A DNA stretch of 64,000 nucleotides from Acidobacteriota bacterium. GTDB taxonomy: Bacteria; Acidobacteriota; UBA6911; RPQK01; JAJDTT01. Position numbers and translations under genes: made by a program. The first letter of the stretch is position 1. Each line of letters begins with the position of its first letter. The notes under the pieces are model-generated. The model was not told the origin of the DNA. It was given only the letters and a program-made list of their open reading frames with translations, and did no database searches. Below, piece after piece: positions 63,379 through 64,000 of the stretch. The stretch lies in the NCBI GenBank assembly GCA_965217775.1, contig CBDCJH010000002.1, forward strand, positions 960,001 through 1,024,000, in the 5' to 3' direction.

Positions 63379-63558
63379 ATGAAGCGCCGTCAACAAAGAT
63401 CCGCCCACACGATACAGAAACCCGCCACAATGCGCCTTCCCAAGCGGTCCTACCAACCGAATCGCAAAGAACTGAGGGAAGAGGTTGATATGCCTGGATC
63501 GTCTCTCCAACAGGCCCGCAAGGCATTCCTTCGGCCCTTCAAGTTCAAGACCGAATGA
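63379..63558 (+). CDS. Small IS passenger ORF (59 aa), hypothetical
   Basis: Read manually, below the ORF-track cutoff: MKRRQQRSAHTIQKPATMRLPKRSYQPNRKELREEVDMPGSSLQQARKAFLRPFKFKTE. Ends 7 nt before the right TIR. Confidence 0.5.
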   Translation: MKRRQQRSAHTIQKPATMRLPKRSYQPNRKELREEVDMPGSSLQQARKAFLRPFKFKTE

Positions 63559-63713
63559 CCGGTCGAATTGTGACTTTGGGATATAATCCCCAAATTTTTC
63601 TTTCACCTAGGGTTTGAATCGAAAGCCGGAATGACCTAGAATTCCCGGCTGGTAGGCAGATTTGCATCCCAAGTGCTCGGAGTTCTGTTTTCAGTTTTAG
63701 GAGGTTTTGAGTA

Positions 63714-64000
63714 ATGCGGAAGTGGAGAATCCTCTTCGTGGGCTTGCTCCTGGTCCCGCTGGCGGCAGTACCGCTGTGGGGCCAAGGCGCACGCGCGAGT
63801 CTCAATGGCCGCGTGATGGACAACACTGGGGGCGTGATTCCCGGTGTGAACGTGACCGCCACCAACACGGCCACGGGTCGCGAATATCCGACGGTTACCA
63901 ATGACACGGGTCTATACCGGATCGATTTTCTGACGCCCGGTCCGTATGACGTGTCGGCCTCGCTCCCCGGGTTCAAGACGGCGATCCAGGCGGTGGACCT
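63714..64000 (+). CDS. N-terminus of a probable TonB-dependent receptor (carboxypeptidase-regulatory-like domain), runs off the window
   Basis: AGGAGG RBS, then MRKWRILFVGLLLVPLAAVPLWGQ signal peptide and 'GRVMDNTGGVIPGVNVTATN..TG....TVTN.TG.Y....L.PG.Y.V.A...GFKT'. Absent from the ORF track because it has no stop in the window. Confidence 0.85.
   Translation, partial: MRKWRILFVGLLLVPLAAVPLWGQGARASLNGRVMDNTGGVIPGVNVTATNTATGREYPTVTNDTGLYRIDFLTPGPYDVSASLPGFKTAIQAVD

Larger units (their letters stand above)
61965..63591 (+). mobile_element. Complete IS1595-family insertion sequence (1627 bp)
   Basis: Perfect 26-bp TIRs GGGGATTATATCCCAAAGTCACAATT (61965-61990 and 63566-63591), flanked by the 8-bp direct repeat AAATTTTT (61957-61964 and 63592-63599). 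Confidence 0.96.

Noticed and set aside
63157-63606. 149-aa minus-strand ORF in the IS right end
   Set aside because: It starts outside the IS and crosses the TIR/TSD, so it cannot be IS-encoded. The plus-strand ORFs are better supported.

Overview
GC-rich bacterial window. The three 'Acidobacterial-type' VWA proteins, the DUF1501/PSD1-cytochrome pair and the carboxypeptidase-domain TonB receptors suggest Acidobacteriota, possibly a marine-invertebrate symbiont (inference only). About 1-35 kb is mostly housekeeping: ccsA-like, trpS-scpA-scpB-rluB, ribE/ribBX, larE, ggt, glycerate kinase, amidase, lytic transglycosylase, alaS, ilvE, ftsK, rnj, rsmA, trxA, purA, an OprC-like TonB receptor with a Cys-rich leader gene, and an ABC exporter. 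About 36-64 kb is accessory: uncharacterised beta-propeller and TIM-barrel hydrolases, a signal-peptide-bearing TldD/TldE pair, a Spondin_N protein, PhyH, two type II toxin-antitoxin pairs, and a complete IS1595 with TIRs, an 8-bp TSD and small passenger ORFs. The intergenic DNA carries three dispersed repeat families: (i) five copies of a ~166-bp palindromic MITE with covarying base pairs and an ERIC/Correia-like core, one copy fused into the 3' end of larE; (ii) composite REP/REPIN-like units, often at stop codons; (iii) CTCACTC heptamer runs. No rRNA, tRNA or CRISPR array was recognised. All product calls come from motif recognition by eye, with no database search.
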